DNA of 64,000 bases from Octopus vulgaris (Eukaryota). The DNA is taken from NCBI GenBank assembly GCA_951406725.2, contig OX597835.1:20150001-20214000 (forward strand), given 5' to 3'. Shown here piece by piece: positions 38,785 through 53,606 of this stretch. The notes under the pieces are model-generated. The model did not search any database. It saw only the letters and a program-made list of their open reading frames with translations, and was not told the DNA's origin. A program made the position numbers and the translations under genes. Every line of letters starts with the position of its first letter. The first letter of the stretch is position 1.

Positions 38785-39809
38785 TGTTACATATAATACT
38801 AACACCAAGCTGGGCTGCATGTTAGTATTATATTTTGGAATGGTAGTATCCGCCCATAGTGTCAATATAGTCAACCATACTTTTTGCAGAGATAACAACC
38901 ATAATGGAGCCATAACTGAAGACCCGAATGTAACGAGGTATGTAAAGAATGCAATTCAACTTAAAAACACATATAATTAAACTATGACCACCTTTCACTA
39001 CGGTAGCATCAATGCTAATAATACCAGCAATGGTATGGCAAACATGGCAGCTATATTAATTTAGGTATTTGTATCAGTAATAACAATAATTATAGTAGGC
39101 ATTATCCAAACTATTCTACCTGTAGCCACCCTAATAATGATGATGGTAGTATTCTTGACTCCAATCATAGGGCTGACAACCAGGCTAATGTTATTACCGT
39201 CGATGCGGTTAATACAGCACCACGGATATTCGTCGATAAAACGTGCAATTTGAAATTACTTACTAATTGCCTTTAAGTAGCAATTGTATACGCGATAATG
39301 TTGTTTACAAATGTACAATTAGCAACATACTGATTCACCGCAAAAGAATTTAAATTGGATGGAACGATCGGTTTTAATCGCCATTATCTTGCACATCTCA
39401 GAACTTATGTATTGTTAGAAAACATCTACCACATTGGCCAAAGACATTTAACATATCAAAACTCAAGCTTTTCCCTTAAAAATCTGCTCCATACTTCGTA
39501 GTAGAATTCCGTAAACGGCAATCTGAGGAATTCGCAAATTCTGTTACTGTAAGTTATTCAGTATAATAGGTCCGAAAGATGCTTTCATTCTTACTCGCTT
39601 CTCTCATGTTACTATCATGTACCCGCATAAATAGTGGTTTTAATTTTGAGCACAAAGCTAGCAGTTTCGGGAAAGGGGCTAAAATGATTACATTTCATTC
39701 TAGATTTTATCTCTCTCTCTGTTATTTTTGATGATCTTAACATGGATTTTCCATTACCGAATTTACCACTGGAACCCTCTTATACTTCCACTGTCCTACT
39801 TTGCCTCTA

Positions 39810-40018
39810 TGCTTCAAATTTCACCCCCACTCCAACATGGCGGCGAAATCAATTGCTTCGACAAAAGTTCTAAACTGGTACTTATTCTATCAAGCCCGAA
39901 AGAAGGCGAGGCAAAGTCGACCCTGGTGGCATTTGAAACAGAATATAAAGACAAACGAACGAAATGCCGCTAAATATTTTATCCGGCGTGCTAACCATTA
40001 TCCCAGATCACCGCCTTA
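39810..40018 (-). mobile_element. SINE family C-related, diverged
   Basis: GGCAAAGTCGACC...ATTTGAA...CCGGCGTGCTAAC...CCGCCTT. Confidence 0.6.
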
Positions 40019-40340
40019 GTGCTATTATAAATATTACAAGATATTTTCTCGTCGCCTTCAATGTTTATGTTCTAACTGTATTCATTAAATCTTTATTTTT
40101 AGTTTAAACCCAATTGTAATACAACCTCCTTTACGACAGTGTCCCTGCATTGAAAAATTAGACGCTAAAATTCCTATTTTATTGATCTCTGGACTTGCTG
40201 CGATTGAAACCCTGTTGGTCCTTTGATCACTTCTTCATTATTATCTTTTCTTACTTCCGTAACACACCTTAATTTACTTCACACCACACGCTCCGCTACA
40301 TTTCCTTACCAACTGCCTACGGCAGTTTTTATTAGTCACT

Positions 40341-40722
40341 GTGGAGGCGCAATGGCCCAGTGGTAAGGGCAGCGGACTCGCGGTCATAGGATCGCGGTTT
40401 CGATTCCCAGACCGGGCGTTGTGAGTGTTTATTGAGCGAAAACACCTAAAGCTCCACGAGGCTCCGGCAGGGGATGGTGGTGATCCCTGCTGTACTCTTT
40501 CACCACAACTTTCTCTCACTCTTACATCCTGTTTCTGTTGTACCTGTATTTCAAGGGGCCGGCCTTGTCACTCTCTGTGTCACGCTGAATATCCCCGAGA
40601 ACTACGTTAAGGGTGCACGTGCCAGTGGAGTGCTCAGCCACTTACACGTTAATTTCACGAGCAGGCTGTTCCGTTGATTCGGATCAACCGGAACCCTCAT
40701 CGTCGTAACCGACGGAGTGCTT
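40341..40722 (+). mobile_element. SINE family B, full length
   Basis: Near-identical to the other B copies, with AGTCACT on both sides. Confidence 0.9.
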
Positions 40723-40755
40723 CAAAATCAGTCACTATATATCAGTCACTATATA

Positions 40756-41176
40756 GGCGCAAGAGTGGCTATGTGGTAAGTAGCTTGCTTACCAACCACA
40801 TGTTTCCGGGTACAGTCCCACTGCGTGGCATCTTGGGCAAGTGTCTTCTGCTATAGCCCCGGGCCGACCAATGCCTTGTGAGTGGATTTGGTAGACGGAA
40901 ACTGAAAGAAGCCTGTCGTATATATGTATATATATATATATATATATGTATGTGTGCTTGTTTGTGTGTCTGTGTTTGTCCCCTTAGCATTGCTTGACAA
41001 CCGATGCTGGTGTGTTTATGTCCCCGTTACTTAGCGGTTCGGCAAAAGAGACCGATAGAATAAGTACTGGGCTTACAAAAAGAATAAGTCCCGGGGTCGA
41101 GTTGCTCGATTAAAGGCGGTGCTCCAGTATGGCCGCAGTCAAATGACTGAAACAAGTAAATGAAATGAAATGAATG
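40756..41176 (+). mobile_element. SINE family A, full length, followed by (GATA)n at 41187-41272
   Basis: Near-identical to 6025-6459. Confidence 0.9.
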
Positions 41177-41185
41177 AATATATAT

Positions 41186-41250
<65 letters not shown>

Positions 41251-42190
41251 GGATAGATAGATAGATAGATAGTATGCAAACTTATATAATGGTGTATGTG
41301 CAATAATTAAAAACACGTCTATATTATCGAGAACTTTTATTAAACATTTATGTGTCGAATATTTGATCATTGATGGTAAAATGAATTAGAATACTTAATA
41401 CTCACACAGTCAAGTATTAATACGCTAGTCATGTGGGTGGGTGTGATTATGTGCGAGCAGGTGCGTATGCTCTTATATTCGTATGTATGTAAAATAGATT
41501 GACGGATAGACAGTAAAGGAAAATACCGAATATGTTTAGCGATTCGAATGATTAATTAAATATAATTAATATGTAGATAGATTATTTGTTAGCTAGAAGA
41601 TTGATGGTGGTATGAGTATATGAAATGGCGTAGCAAGGGGACAACATCAATAGATATGTCAAATTGTTAATGTAATTAATTTAAACTTCCTTGAATATAA
41701 TATCTCAAATTAATGCTTTAAAAAGTGTCTTGCTGTGTTGGATAGCCATTATGATTCTAGTTTTAAAGATGTCCTCTTACATTTAGATTATCCTGGGTTC
41801 ATATCTTCTTTAAAACTAGTGGAGCATAGCCTCGAATCGTTCAAAGTCTTGTCAGCCCTATATATTTGAAGAAAAGTATATGAAAGTAAATTTATAAGAC
41901 TTGTCCCCAAGTTTGCGGAGTATATTTAAATCGTCACCCGATTTATGGTAACTGTAGTAAAGCCTATTCGTCTATTTCGACGTTCATGACTTCATTTCAA
42001 ACCGTTTCTTTTATGGAAAGTTTCACAAGAGTCATTCACACAGTCATTGGACAAGAGCCGAACATAGTGCCCTATTTAAGAGAACTTCAACATAGCAACG
42101 AGTACCACAATGTCCTGAGACACAAATGTAGCTGAAGGAATATACATCTATGACATAGTATGTGCATCTATAGTATGTATATGGTATGTG

Positions 42191-42425
42191 AAGGCAGCGA
42201 GCTGGTAGAAGCGATAGTACGCCGGGCGAAATGCTTAGCAGTTTTTCGTCTGCCGCTACGTTCTGAGTTCAAATTCCGCCGAGGTCGACTTTGCCTTTCA
42301 TCCTTTCGGGTTCGATTAAATAAGTACCAGTTACGCACTAGGGCCGATATAATCGACTTAATCCGTTTGTCTGTCCTTGTTTGTCCTCTCTATGTTTAGC
42401 CCCTTGTGGGCAATAAAGAAATAAA
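42191..42425 (+). mobile_element. SINE family C
   Basis: Matches the family consensus. Confidence 0.85.
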
Positions 42426-42560
42426 AAATCACTGGGTATCCTATTTATACGTGTTTTCTATAATGATACGGAGTGACTGATAATGTATTGTGTACTATTA
42501 ACCACATGTCGAGTGCAAAAAGTACGTCCTCTCTTTCTCTCGTAAATATTCAGACTTCTT

Positions 42561-42945
42561 GTGGAGGCGCAATGGCCCAGTCGTTAGGGCAGCGGACTCG
42601 CGTTCGTAGAATCGCGGTTTCGATTCCCAGACCGGGCGTTGTGAGTGTTTATTGAGCGAAAACACCTAAAGATCCACGAGGCTCTGGCAGGGGATGGTGG
42701 TGATCCCTGCTGTACTCTTTCACCACAACTTTCTCTCACTCTTACTTCCTGTTTCTGTTGTACCTGTATTTCAAAGGGCCGGCCTTGTCACTCTCTGTGT
42801 CACGCTGAATATCCCCGAGAACTACGTTATGGGTATACGTGTCTGAGGAGTGCTCAGCCACTTACACGTTAATTTCACGAGCAGGCTGTTCCGTTGATCG
42901 GATCAACCGGAACCCTCGTCGTCGTAACCGACGGAGTGCTTCCAC
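42561..42945 (+). mobile_element. SINE family B, full length
   Basis: 12-bp flanking direct repeat ATTCAGACTTCT. Confidence 0.9.
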
Positions 42946-43694
42946 ATTCAGACTTCTACATAAGAACACTCCGTCTTTATACGAGTCAAAGTCAATCTAG
43001 AACTAGAATACAGTATGATTAAATATTTCCTAAAATAATACGAGGCGGTTTGTGGTCTTCGAGCCATTTATCTGAGTACTGGTTTGGTCATTAGGGCGTG
43101 ATAGTTAAAATCCTGCTGGCAGATTGTATGAGAAATAGATAAACACTTAGGGATTAGATCCATGAGCATTATACACAAATGTTAACCATGTTAGAATAAT
43201 GACTGAAGGAAATATTCAATGTTGCCTGACGCATGAAAATAAAAGAGGAGTTTGAGCGCTAAAATGTTTAATCTATCGGAGATAGAAATTTTAATTAATT
43301 TTAATTCATTAATAAAAAAAAAAGCATATTTTATAACTAATTATGTTCAAATAAAGGATGGAGAAAGACCTCGATTTCAAATTAATTGAAATTAATTAAA
43401 ATTTTTATTAATTGAAATTAATTAATTACTGTAACAGACTACAGTGAGAGCAGACCATACAGAACATCAAATGAGTTCGGCTTTCAGAAAACCAGTTAAT
43501 ATGTTAACTACGTTTTATTTCTTTTCAACAGAGAAGAGAATAGAAACCCGATTCTATACACGTGTTGTAAATCAAAACAAAGCATATAACCGTTGCTTTA
43601 TTGAGCGCATTCAAGATAATGGAGGCTTTATTACAAATGAATGTAACGTACAAAATATCAGTTTTGCATCTCGTAAATAATATAAAGGATTAAT

Positions 43695-43922
43695 ATATAT
43701 TTCTTTATTGCCCACAAGGGGCTAAACATAGAGGGGACGGACAAGGACATACAAAGGGTTTACATCGACCCCAGTGCGTAACTGGTACTTAATTTATCGA
43801 CCCCGAATGGATGAAAGGCAAACCCGACCTCGGCGGAATTTGAACTCAGAACGTAACTGCAGACGAAATACCGCAGAGCATTTCGCCCGGCGTGCTAACG
43901 TTTCTGCCAGCTCGCCGCCTTA
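43695..43922 (-). mobile_element. SINE family C
   Basis: Reverse complement of the family consensus. Confidence 0.85.
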
Positions 43923-44362
43923 ATATATGAAGAAGTCGTTAACAATTCTGATAGCCATAAGCCAGGCACAAATAGACTTACAAAGTGTTGATGCATTTGA
44001 GTTTTAACTCTCGACTAAGGGCCCTCAACTGGGGCCCATAAGACCCTTGGAGGCCCATAAAAGATTTTGCTGTTAAAAATTAGGGGTTATACTTCTACAA
44101 TAAATGAAATATTTTAACAATTCCAAAAAATACTTAATTCCTAAAAATATTTAATTCTAATGACATAACAGGATTTTTTAAAGCGTGGAATGGTTGTAGG
44201 GGGTCTACCACCTAGAAGAAATTGGAAAGGTTCTTTGGAGAAAAAAAGGTTTGAGAACTACAGCTCTACACCAGTGGCCGCCAACTTTTCGCAATAATTT
44301 CCACCAGTGGTTCCCAACGATTTTATTTAAATGAGTTTTGTTTTCCTAAGGACACTTTTCAA

Positions 44363-44396
<34 letters not shown>

Positions 44397-44406
44397 CATA
44401 CATACA

Positions 44407-44456
<50 letters not shown>

Positions 44457-44949
44457 AACATAATCAAATAGGGTAATAAAATAAATTATTATTACCATTG
44501 GCCTAGTACAAAAGACGAGTTGGTCGTTAGACTATATATTTTTCGTATAGGAATATAATAAAAGACTTCCAAATAAGGAAGTGTAGTGCTAGAACCACAA
44601 AAAGGGATAAATTCATGAAAGGAAAGAAAATTAAAAACATTTACCATCTCAGCTATATCCCAGACCGAACGGTTTCTACCTATTTTTAGCAAACACGCGG
44701 AATATATTTGCCAGGCCAGGTTCTTCAGTGGGAAGCCTTCGTAATCCTAGACGCACAGACTGTTAGAAGCACATGTAGATCTAACGGTTTGTATATCCTA
44801 ACTTTTGAAACCTCTGCGCAGACGCAAATCATACCCACATGCTCATTGTATAGTAGAGTCTGTGACTGTTTCGTATTTTTTATTTCGCGCATGCTCACAG
44901 TATAGTAGACTCTGTTGGGCACCATCTTTGAGAAGACTGGTACCATAAC

Positions 44950-45650
44950 GTAATTCACCGTGTCAGAAATTTGGAACCAACAAACTCTATTGCTTGGCAT
45001 TCGCGCCGGAAGCTCCCATATGGACATTTCTGAATATCTGGGTGTCAATCTGAGAAGAGCGCATTGTGCGGACATGTACCAAGCGTGATAAAAATCAAAC
45101 ATGATATTTGGGGTGATCACTAATGATGGCGACGTTAGGCTTACTTTCATCTTCCCACACGGCCTCAGACTCAATACGAAGTCCTACATCAAGTGCCTCG
45201 AGAAAGTAGTGCTGCCCTGGGTCAAGAAAGTGGCTTCTGGAAGACACTATGTCTGGCAACAGGACTCAGTACCACGCCACATAAACAGGAGAAACCAGTC
45301 ATGGCTGTTAGACAATTTCTGCGACCACATCACCCCTAACGTCTTTGTCACCAAACTCCCCAGATGGCAACCCCCTTTTATTATTATATGAGGGACGAAG
45401 TTCAGCTAGAACCCAACAAAACTTATAACACCAAGGATGAACTGAAAGCAAGAATTGTGGCAGCATTCACCAAATTAATCAAGGAGACTATCCAGAAGAT
45501 TTGCAGGAGATTGCGATTTTATTGAATAAATTCACTCGTTAGTATTTCAAGATATTTTAATGTAATTTTGGTAAATATATCTGTTAAAATGAGATATTAG
45601 TGTTACTTTCATTTTTGCGTATTTTAGACGGCATTTTATTCGCCACCCCT
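44950..45650 (+). pseudogene. Tc1/mariner-superfamily (maT/DD37D-like) transposase fossil, internally deleted
   Basis: MIFGVITNDG...FIFPHGLRLNTKSYIKCLEKVVLPW...YVWQQDSVPRH (QQDxAPxH catalytic-Asp motif) and a downstream DELKARI segment. Confidence 0.75.
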
Positions 45651-46692
45651 TTTGTGAGTGTGTGTATGTATGTAAGTATATGTATTTATATATATATATA
45701 TATATATATATGTATTTCTGTATATATACTTATGTGTCTGCGTATTTGTGTAGATGTATTTGTATGGGTTTGTGACGTAGTCAATGACGAAAAATAGTAC
45801 TGATGAGGTATATTTTCATTAGTCCACCTCCTACGTTGGTGAGAGGAAAATAAATTTCATTCAGACCGCAGACATGACTCCCATTCTCCTGGTAGTGTGA
45901 AGACCGCTAAGTACAGAGAATGAATCGATGTTATTTTCGTTTAGTTTGAAGAGAAAGTGTGTCTATGAGAGCTTCACAAGTACTCTGCGATTTGTAGATG
46001 AAAAGTCTAGAGGAATGCATTTTCAAGAAAGGACCAGCTCTGAATACTTGTAACAAACAAAATTCCGAGAAAATCTTCCGATGTTCCTGGTGGTTGTTTT
46101 AATTTGTGCGGTAATTAGTTCATGGTGGTCTTTGGACTTAGAATGCAAAGAATCGGAAACAATGTAGCAAGAAATATTTGGTCCGCTATTCATACAATTC
46201 CGCATATACACTACTGTGGATACGTACCGTATAGGGTATTGACCTCAAATTGCCAAAGCTGGATAACTCCGAGGCATTATGTCGACGTTCTAACGACTCT
46301 CTGAACTCGCAAATTATTCATTTTGACATTCCTACTTAGCTATTTGTAACGTTTAGCTATAGTGTCTGAAGATATCGGTCTCACAGGTATTTTTCTAACT
46401 ATTTCATTGCTTTATTTAAAGAAAGAAAATAAAACTTGATTTTAATAAAGCTTTTCAAAGTCGATATGTTACAAACAAAACCGGTCCCTTAGAATGCTCT
46501 TTGCCTTATATACCCTGAACAGAGTGTTTCTCTATCTCCGAATATCAGATAATATAACACTATTATGCAACGCATAACGTGATTCGTTCAGGATTGTGTA
46601 TAAAATAAATCTAGCAGCCAGGAACAGTGTTAAGTGTATTACACACTGAAGACATACATACATACATACACACACAAACTCACACACACACA

Positions 46693-46747
<55 letters not shown>

Positions 46748-46820
46748 ATACACATATATGGTGTGTACCGTTGGAGATTTTTTTCCTCTGTCTTCCCTTC
46801 TCTGGATCTTTCCTTCTCTT

Positions 46821-46856
46821 GTTTCCGACGAAGAGCTCCGCTCGAAACGATAAAAC
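46821..46856 (+). ncRNA. Minimal hammerhead motif (cleavage triplet mutated) in a Penelope-type terminal repeat (~46770-46955)
   Basis: GTTT CCGACGA A GAGC-TCC-GCTC GAAA CG AT AAAAC. Stem I GUUU/AAAC and stem II GAGC/GCUC pair, but the expected GUH reads GAU. Confidence 0.55.
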
Positions 46857-46979
46857 CTCCTTCTTTCCTTCTTCCCTGAGCGTCCAACAATATTATATTT
46901 GTTCCACGTCCTCGCGTTGTTGTGTTTTTTTTTGCTTTCTTGTTTGGATTAACTTTATATATATATATATAAAGGTCTC

Positions 46980-47100
<121 letters not shown>

Positions 47101-47111
47101 AATATATATAA

Positions 47112-47174
<63 letters not shown>

Positions 47175-47654
47175 TATATAAATCTTATGCCACTTCGTTA
47201 ATTGAAATGCGCACGAAAATAGAAGAAAATGTCGTATCTGACGACTCCTAAAACATTTTATCGTATAAATAAATTAAAAATGTACGAGGTAAAGACGAAA
47301 CGATTTCATTGGATGAAGATTTGGTTACAAAAAATTTATGATTAAATGTTGTGGTAATATACATGTGCAGAGAGTAAATAGAGAGTTATGGCGACGCATA
47401 AATATAAAAGTATATGCATAAGCGAACGCCCAGCCATCTTAACAGGTATGCGTAGTTCAACGTAATGTAAGCATGTGTATACAAAATACTGATAGAGTCT
47501 CAAGCACGCACGCAAGCATTAGACAGGTGATCACCTACGAAAGGTAATACGCACAAAACCACAGACATGCACACACACATATGGATAAATATGTTTCCTA
47601 ACTGAATATCTCTTTAAATACACACACACAGATGCACACACACGCACACTCACA

Positions 47655-47712
<58 letters not shown>

Positions 47713-48033
47713 CACTAATATATCTTCTATATATATGCTATATGAGCATATATGTATATGGCATATGCATATATATATATACATACACAACAAATATATG
47801 TTTATATATAAATATATATACATACATACATTCATAAATACAGACGTAACTGAGTGGCTTTCACGGTATTTCGTTGAGTGTATGTACACACACATGCAAT
47901 GACACACCCACGCCCACATACATACACAAGCACACATACATACACAAGCACACACACTCGCATATGCCTGGCACCTTGGTCAAGAGTCTACTACTACAAC
48001 CTCAGGCCGACCAAAGCCTTCTCAGTGATTTTG

Positions 48034-48080
<47 letters not shown>

Positions 48081-48082
<2 letters not shown>

Positions 48083-48474
48083 CGCAGGAGTGGCTGTGTG
48101 GTAAGTAGCTTGTTTACCAACCACATGGTTCCGGGTTCAGTCCCACTGCGTGGCACCTTGGGTAAGTGTCTTCTACTATAGCCTCGGGCCGACCAAAGCC
48201 ATGTGAATGGACTTGGTAGACGGAAACTGAAAGAAGCCCGTCGTATATATATATATATGCATGTTTGTGTTTGTGTGTCTCTGTTTGTCCCCCCTAGCAT
48301 TGCTTGACAACCGATGCTGGTGTGTTTATGTCCCCATCACTTAGCGGTTCGGCAAAAGAGACCGATAGAATTAGTACTAGGCTTACAAAAGAATAAGTGC
48401 TTGATTAAAGGCGCTGCTCCAGCATAGCCTCAGTCAAATGACTGAAACACGTAAAAGAGTAAAAGTGTAAAAGA
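48081..48474 (+). mobile_element. SINE family A, full length, preceded by a fragment at 47968-48036
   Basis: Near-identical to 6025-6459. Confidence 0.9.
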
Positions 48475-49374
48475 ATATATAAATTACTATGCTGTCTGGA
48501 GAGAGTAAGTCTCTTTTAGGGCATTATTATTTAACACACGCACCGGTTCGATTTATTTTCTCTAAAAGTTTCTTTCCGGCTGGCTACTTCTTCAATAATC
48601 GGTGACTGTCTGTTATCGGCCCTGTGTTCATTTTGATTGTTTGTTTGTGCGCATATGTGTGGGTCATTCTGCGTGAACATAAACACACACACACACACAC
48701 ACAGATGATTATAAACATTTCTGTTGCTTCAGGAGGTGGAGGGCGGCATTGAAGGGCACAGATAGAAATCGATAATATCGATTTCCGACCTTATCCTGAT
48801 ATCTGCCACTTACCCTATTACTCGTTATTTATGGAACCGCTAAGCTGTGGGTTATGCAAAAAGTGGGACCCCTTCTCAGGTAATGTTTTCGAAAAGTAAC
48901 ACTGGGGTCGTAGGCACACATACAGATGCAAAACCACAAATATAAGTATCCGCATTTATTACATATCTGTCCAAATACACATATATATATACATGTATTA
49001 TGTATATATAGAAGCACACATTTGCATATGTGTTTATCTATTGACGTATGAATGTGTGTGTCCATATACATTCGTATGTATATATGCCTATACATACCGA
49101 TATATTCATATACATACACATCAATAGTATTACATACATTCATATATATATATATATATATATAAACATATCGCTATGTGTCTAAATACATCTAGAAAGA
49201 AATAATTCGTAGCAATCATTCTCCCGTATAATTTTTGATTCGGTATTTTCTATAATCTTAATAAAAACCAATATAACCATATATTATAATCGCAAACGAA
49301 TCCCATTATCTCCGTATAATATACAAAATCCAAATATATCGTAGCTGAGGTGATGTATGATACATATTTGAATA

Positions 49375-49541
<167 letters not shown>

Positions 49542-49995
49542 ATGCATGTATACGTTTGGGTGTGTGAGTGTGTGTTTATGTAATTATAGGTATACATACA
49601 TTTGTCCTTATCCGTATAGATGCGCGTAAGCATTTACGCTTAGTTCTTAGCTCGCATTTACAAATGTAAGCATAAATATTATGAATATATATTTATACGT
49701 ACACGTTCATATGTCTGTGTCTGTATGTGTGTGTGCGTTTGCGTCTGTGTCTCTGTTTGTGAGAGGGTGTAAGTGCCTCTGTACGTCTAGGGCGAGTGGT
49801 CGTGTTTGTGTGTGTGTGTATGTGCGTGTGCATGTGTGTCAGGATATATTTACGTATGAAATATGACTTTCTAAGTCTTTTCACATTAATGACCAAAAAG
49901 AAATAGTTGACATTGAGAGATATTGAAATAACCAGAATGTATGCCCCTACCCATATTAATGCGTGCAAAAATGCTATATGATATATATATGTATA

Positions 49996-50032
<37 letters not shown>

Positions 50033-50108
50033 TTATATATACATATATATATAAGCATATATATACATATATATATATATGCATATATATATATATATAA
50101 TATATATC

Positions 50109-50205
<97 letters not shown>

Positions 50206-50562
50206 TATACATTTATCATACATATGTATATCATGCATACATGCATATGTATATATATATATATATGTGTGCGTGCGTGTACAGTCGGGTGTATATTAGA
50301 AAAACAAATACACAAGTATCTCAAGATGATTACAAAGGTGCATGCAGGCAATAAACTATTACAAACACTCATGACTGTATATAGATATATCTATGTGTTT
50401 GTGTGTGTATGTGTCTGTGTGTTTTTGTGTTTACTGCATATGTATTCCTCTTTAGAAAGGCACGAATATATTCTGCTGTGAGAGACCTATCTGCATACGA
50501 GTGAGCAGAATAGGTATGCACGTAGTTATATGTGTGTGTATTACGCATACATACACACACAT

Positions 50563-50713
<151 letters not shown>

Positions 50714-50849
50714 TGCATATTCATAACTGTATGTCTACATAGATATATGCATATACATGTGTGTGTATGTGAGTCAGTGTGTGTGTGTGTGTCTGCACAT
50801 AAATTTTTTCATGTGTACATATATATATATATATATATTTATGTATATA

Positions 50850-50905
<56 letters not shown>

Positions 50906-52056
50906 TATGCCTGTGTGTATATGCATTATTAAACATATAAGTATATATTTTATTTTCATATGCTTATATATATAATAGTGTATATAGAAATATATATACT
51001 TATATATATATATATGTATGTATGAGTGTATAAATAGATACATGTGCACATACCTAGATTCATGCATACAATCGTAGATAATTCTCTGCATATATACATC
51101 CTTCCATACAAATTTACCGAGATTCATGCATACATACGTGCAATGCTATATACGCTCCTCCATATGTATTATTTTTTCTAATCATTTCTGACAGCGTACG
51201 ACAAAACAAACTGCAACAGTCTTGATGTAATAGGAGGCTACGGTTTCATTTCATTGCAACTCAGTTTAATGTCTAATATTCTGTCTTCCTCTTCATTTTC
51301 AATCTTCCTTTTTTTTCTTCTCTTTTTTCTTTTTTTTTTCTATTTCGTCTTCTCCATCTTTTTTTTTTCTCTATCTTCTTCAGCCTTATATAGCCAAGAA
51401 CTACTTTCTTTCCTCTTTCGATAATATAATGTTTCCGAATGCCAAATAAAGCTGCATAATCTTTATCGACAAAAGAATTAGACGAGACAGATTTTAAATC
51501 GTTCGAAAATGAAATTGTACAGTTTGTTGTGCAATAGACAGTATATTTGTTACAGGCCCTTTTTTCTTTTACTTTTCTTTTGTAGCATTTATATTTTTAT
51601 TTACTATTATTGCTACTTTATTTTTGGTCTTTGTTTTCGTCTAATATATCTAAATATATATTAGGAGTACGTTGGCAGAAAACCAAGGAAAGCCATCTAG
51701 GAAGTGCATCATATTGAATAGCAGGAACGGTATTAAATTATTTCATTTTAAAGAAGCTGACCGAACAAAATAGTGAGTATGTTACAGAAAATGTTATAAA
51801 ATGGCTGTTATAAAGATGTATAAAGTCTTACATACGTACGTAAGCATTTGACTATGTCTGTCTGCCAGTCTATCTATCCAGTTATATGAGTGAATGTGTG
51901 TCTGCGTATATGCCTGTGGATGTACACTCAGATAAAGATATGTGTATGTCTATATAAATATATTTATGCATACACATATACACGTTCATAGACACACACT
52001 TCTATATATATATATACGTACATATATATACGTGAGTGTGTGTGTGTGTGTCTATA

Positions 52057-52094
<38 letters not shown>

Positions 52095-52685
52095 TATAGA
52101 CTTATATGTACATACATGCTTATACACATATATGCATGTGTACTTATATAACCATACGCATACATAAATACATACAAGTGTACGGAAGGAGATACAAAGA
52201 GAGCCTGAACGAAAATATACGAGCTATTTCATTACATGCGATGCTTTAGTTTTAAAGAGCAGCATTATTCCTGTCGCAAGAGTAGCTGTAGAATTTACTG
52301 AATAACAATACTGGAAAACATATCCCATTACAAAATAGATTGTCGTAGTATGAAATAAACGAAGAGGGAAAATTTTCTTTTCAGCGTTCTAAACTGTCCC
52401 AAGAATATACTTCTCATTTCGAATTTTCTGTTGGAGTATACTTCTTTAGAAACGAGTGCTGGCCAAATGTATTGGTTAAACTTAGAGAAAGGTGGTATGG
52501 AGACCCTAACTCTGGTAAGGTTAGTGCAAATTAGAAAATTAGATGAGATTCTTCCATAATACAGTGCTATATTTAAGAGATGAGGAAGTATGTACATTAT
52601 TTATATTATTTACATAATTTACATTTGATGGATATTTGTCCTCATCTTGTTTGTTGTTAACACAATTTTTCGATGCTGTTGTTAG

Positions 52686-52719
<34 letters not shown>

Positions 52720-52739
52720 CAGGTCACAGCCTGGAATCG

Positions 52740-52813
<74 letters not shown>

Positions 52814-52818
52814 AATCT

Positions 52819-52971
52819 ATGTATTAGACATTCACTAGTACAACACCAAAAACCCCCCAAATATATGGCACACTAGGCATAACAACAACGTGAACTTCCA
52901 GCCTGTTGTCTCTTGAGGTCTCTGGGTGAGACTTGGAGCCAACTTGTACAGACATAAAGCAAAAGTCAAAC

Positions 52972-53038
<67 letters not shown>

Positions 53039-53392
53039 AATAGGTGCCCTGGGAATGATAACGAAAGGGACTGATTGCTACCTAACTCAGACACCAGGAA
53101 ACCCCAAAATGGCAGAAATTCAAAAGATAGTGCTCATGGGAACTGCTCATATCCTACGCAAAATACTCTCTATGTAATCCCAAGGTTTAAAACAAACTTT
53201 TTTTTTTATTCTTATTTTTTTTTTGTTTTGTTTTTTTACTTTTTTTTTGTTTTTTATGTATTAGACATTCACTAGTACAACACAAAAAAAAACCAATATA
53301 TGGCACAGAACTTCCCACCTGTTGTCTCTTGATGTCTCTGGGTGAGACTTGGAGCCAACTTGTACAGACATAAAGCAAAAGTCAAACATAGA
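52819..53392 (+). mobile_element. Two 5'-truncated R4/Dong-type 3' ends embedded in (TAA)n (52819-52975; 53040-53392)
   Basis: IGALGMITKGTDCYLTQTPGNPKMAEIQKIVLMGTAHILRKILSM* plus a 3' UTR ending GCAAAAGTCAAACATA, matching 34910-35240. (TAA)n tracts flank each piece. Confidence 0.8.
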
Positions 53393-53418
53393 ATAATAAT
53401 AATAATAATAATAATAAC

Positions 53419-53498
<80 letters not shown>

Positions 53499-53560
53499 CA
53501 ACAACAACAACAACAACAATAAAAAAATACCTTAGGAACCCAGGTTCGAAATTTCCCCAA

Positions 53561-53606
53561 GACACTTGATGAAGGCTGGAGGTGACATCAGCCGAAATGT
53601 TGTGTT
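53561..53606 (+). ncRNA. Minimal hammerhead motif (decayed) in a Penelope-type terminal repeat (~53520-53665)
   Basis: GACAC TTGATGA A GGCTG-(10 nt)-CAGCC GAAA TG TT GTGTT. Stems I and II pair. A related copy at 36228-36300 (-) has the canonical CTGATGA. Confidence 0.55.

Noticed and set aside
48733-48879. Possible exon bounded by ...CTTCAG and GTAATG
   Set aside because: Stop codons in all three frames and no supporting neighbouring exons.
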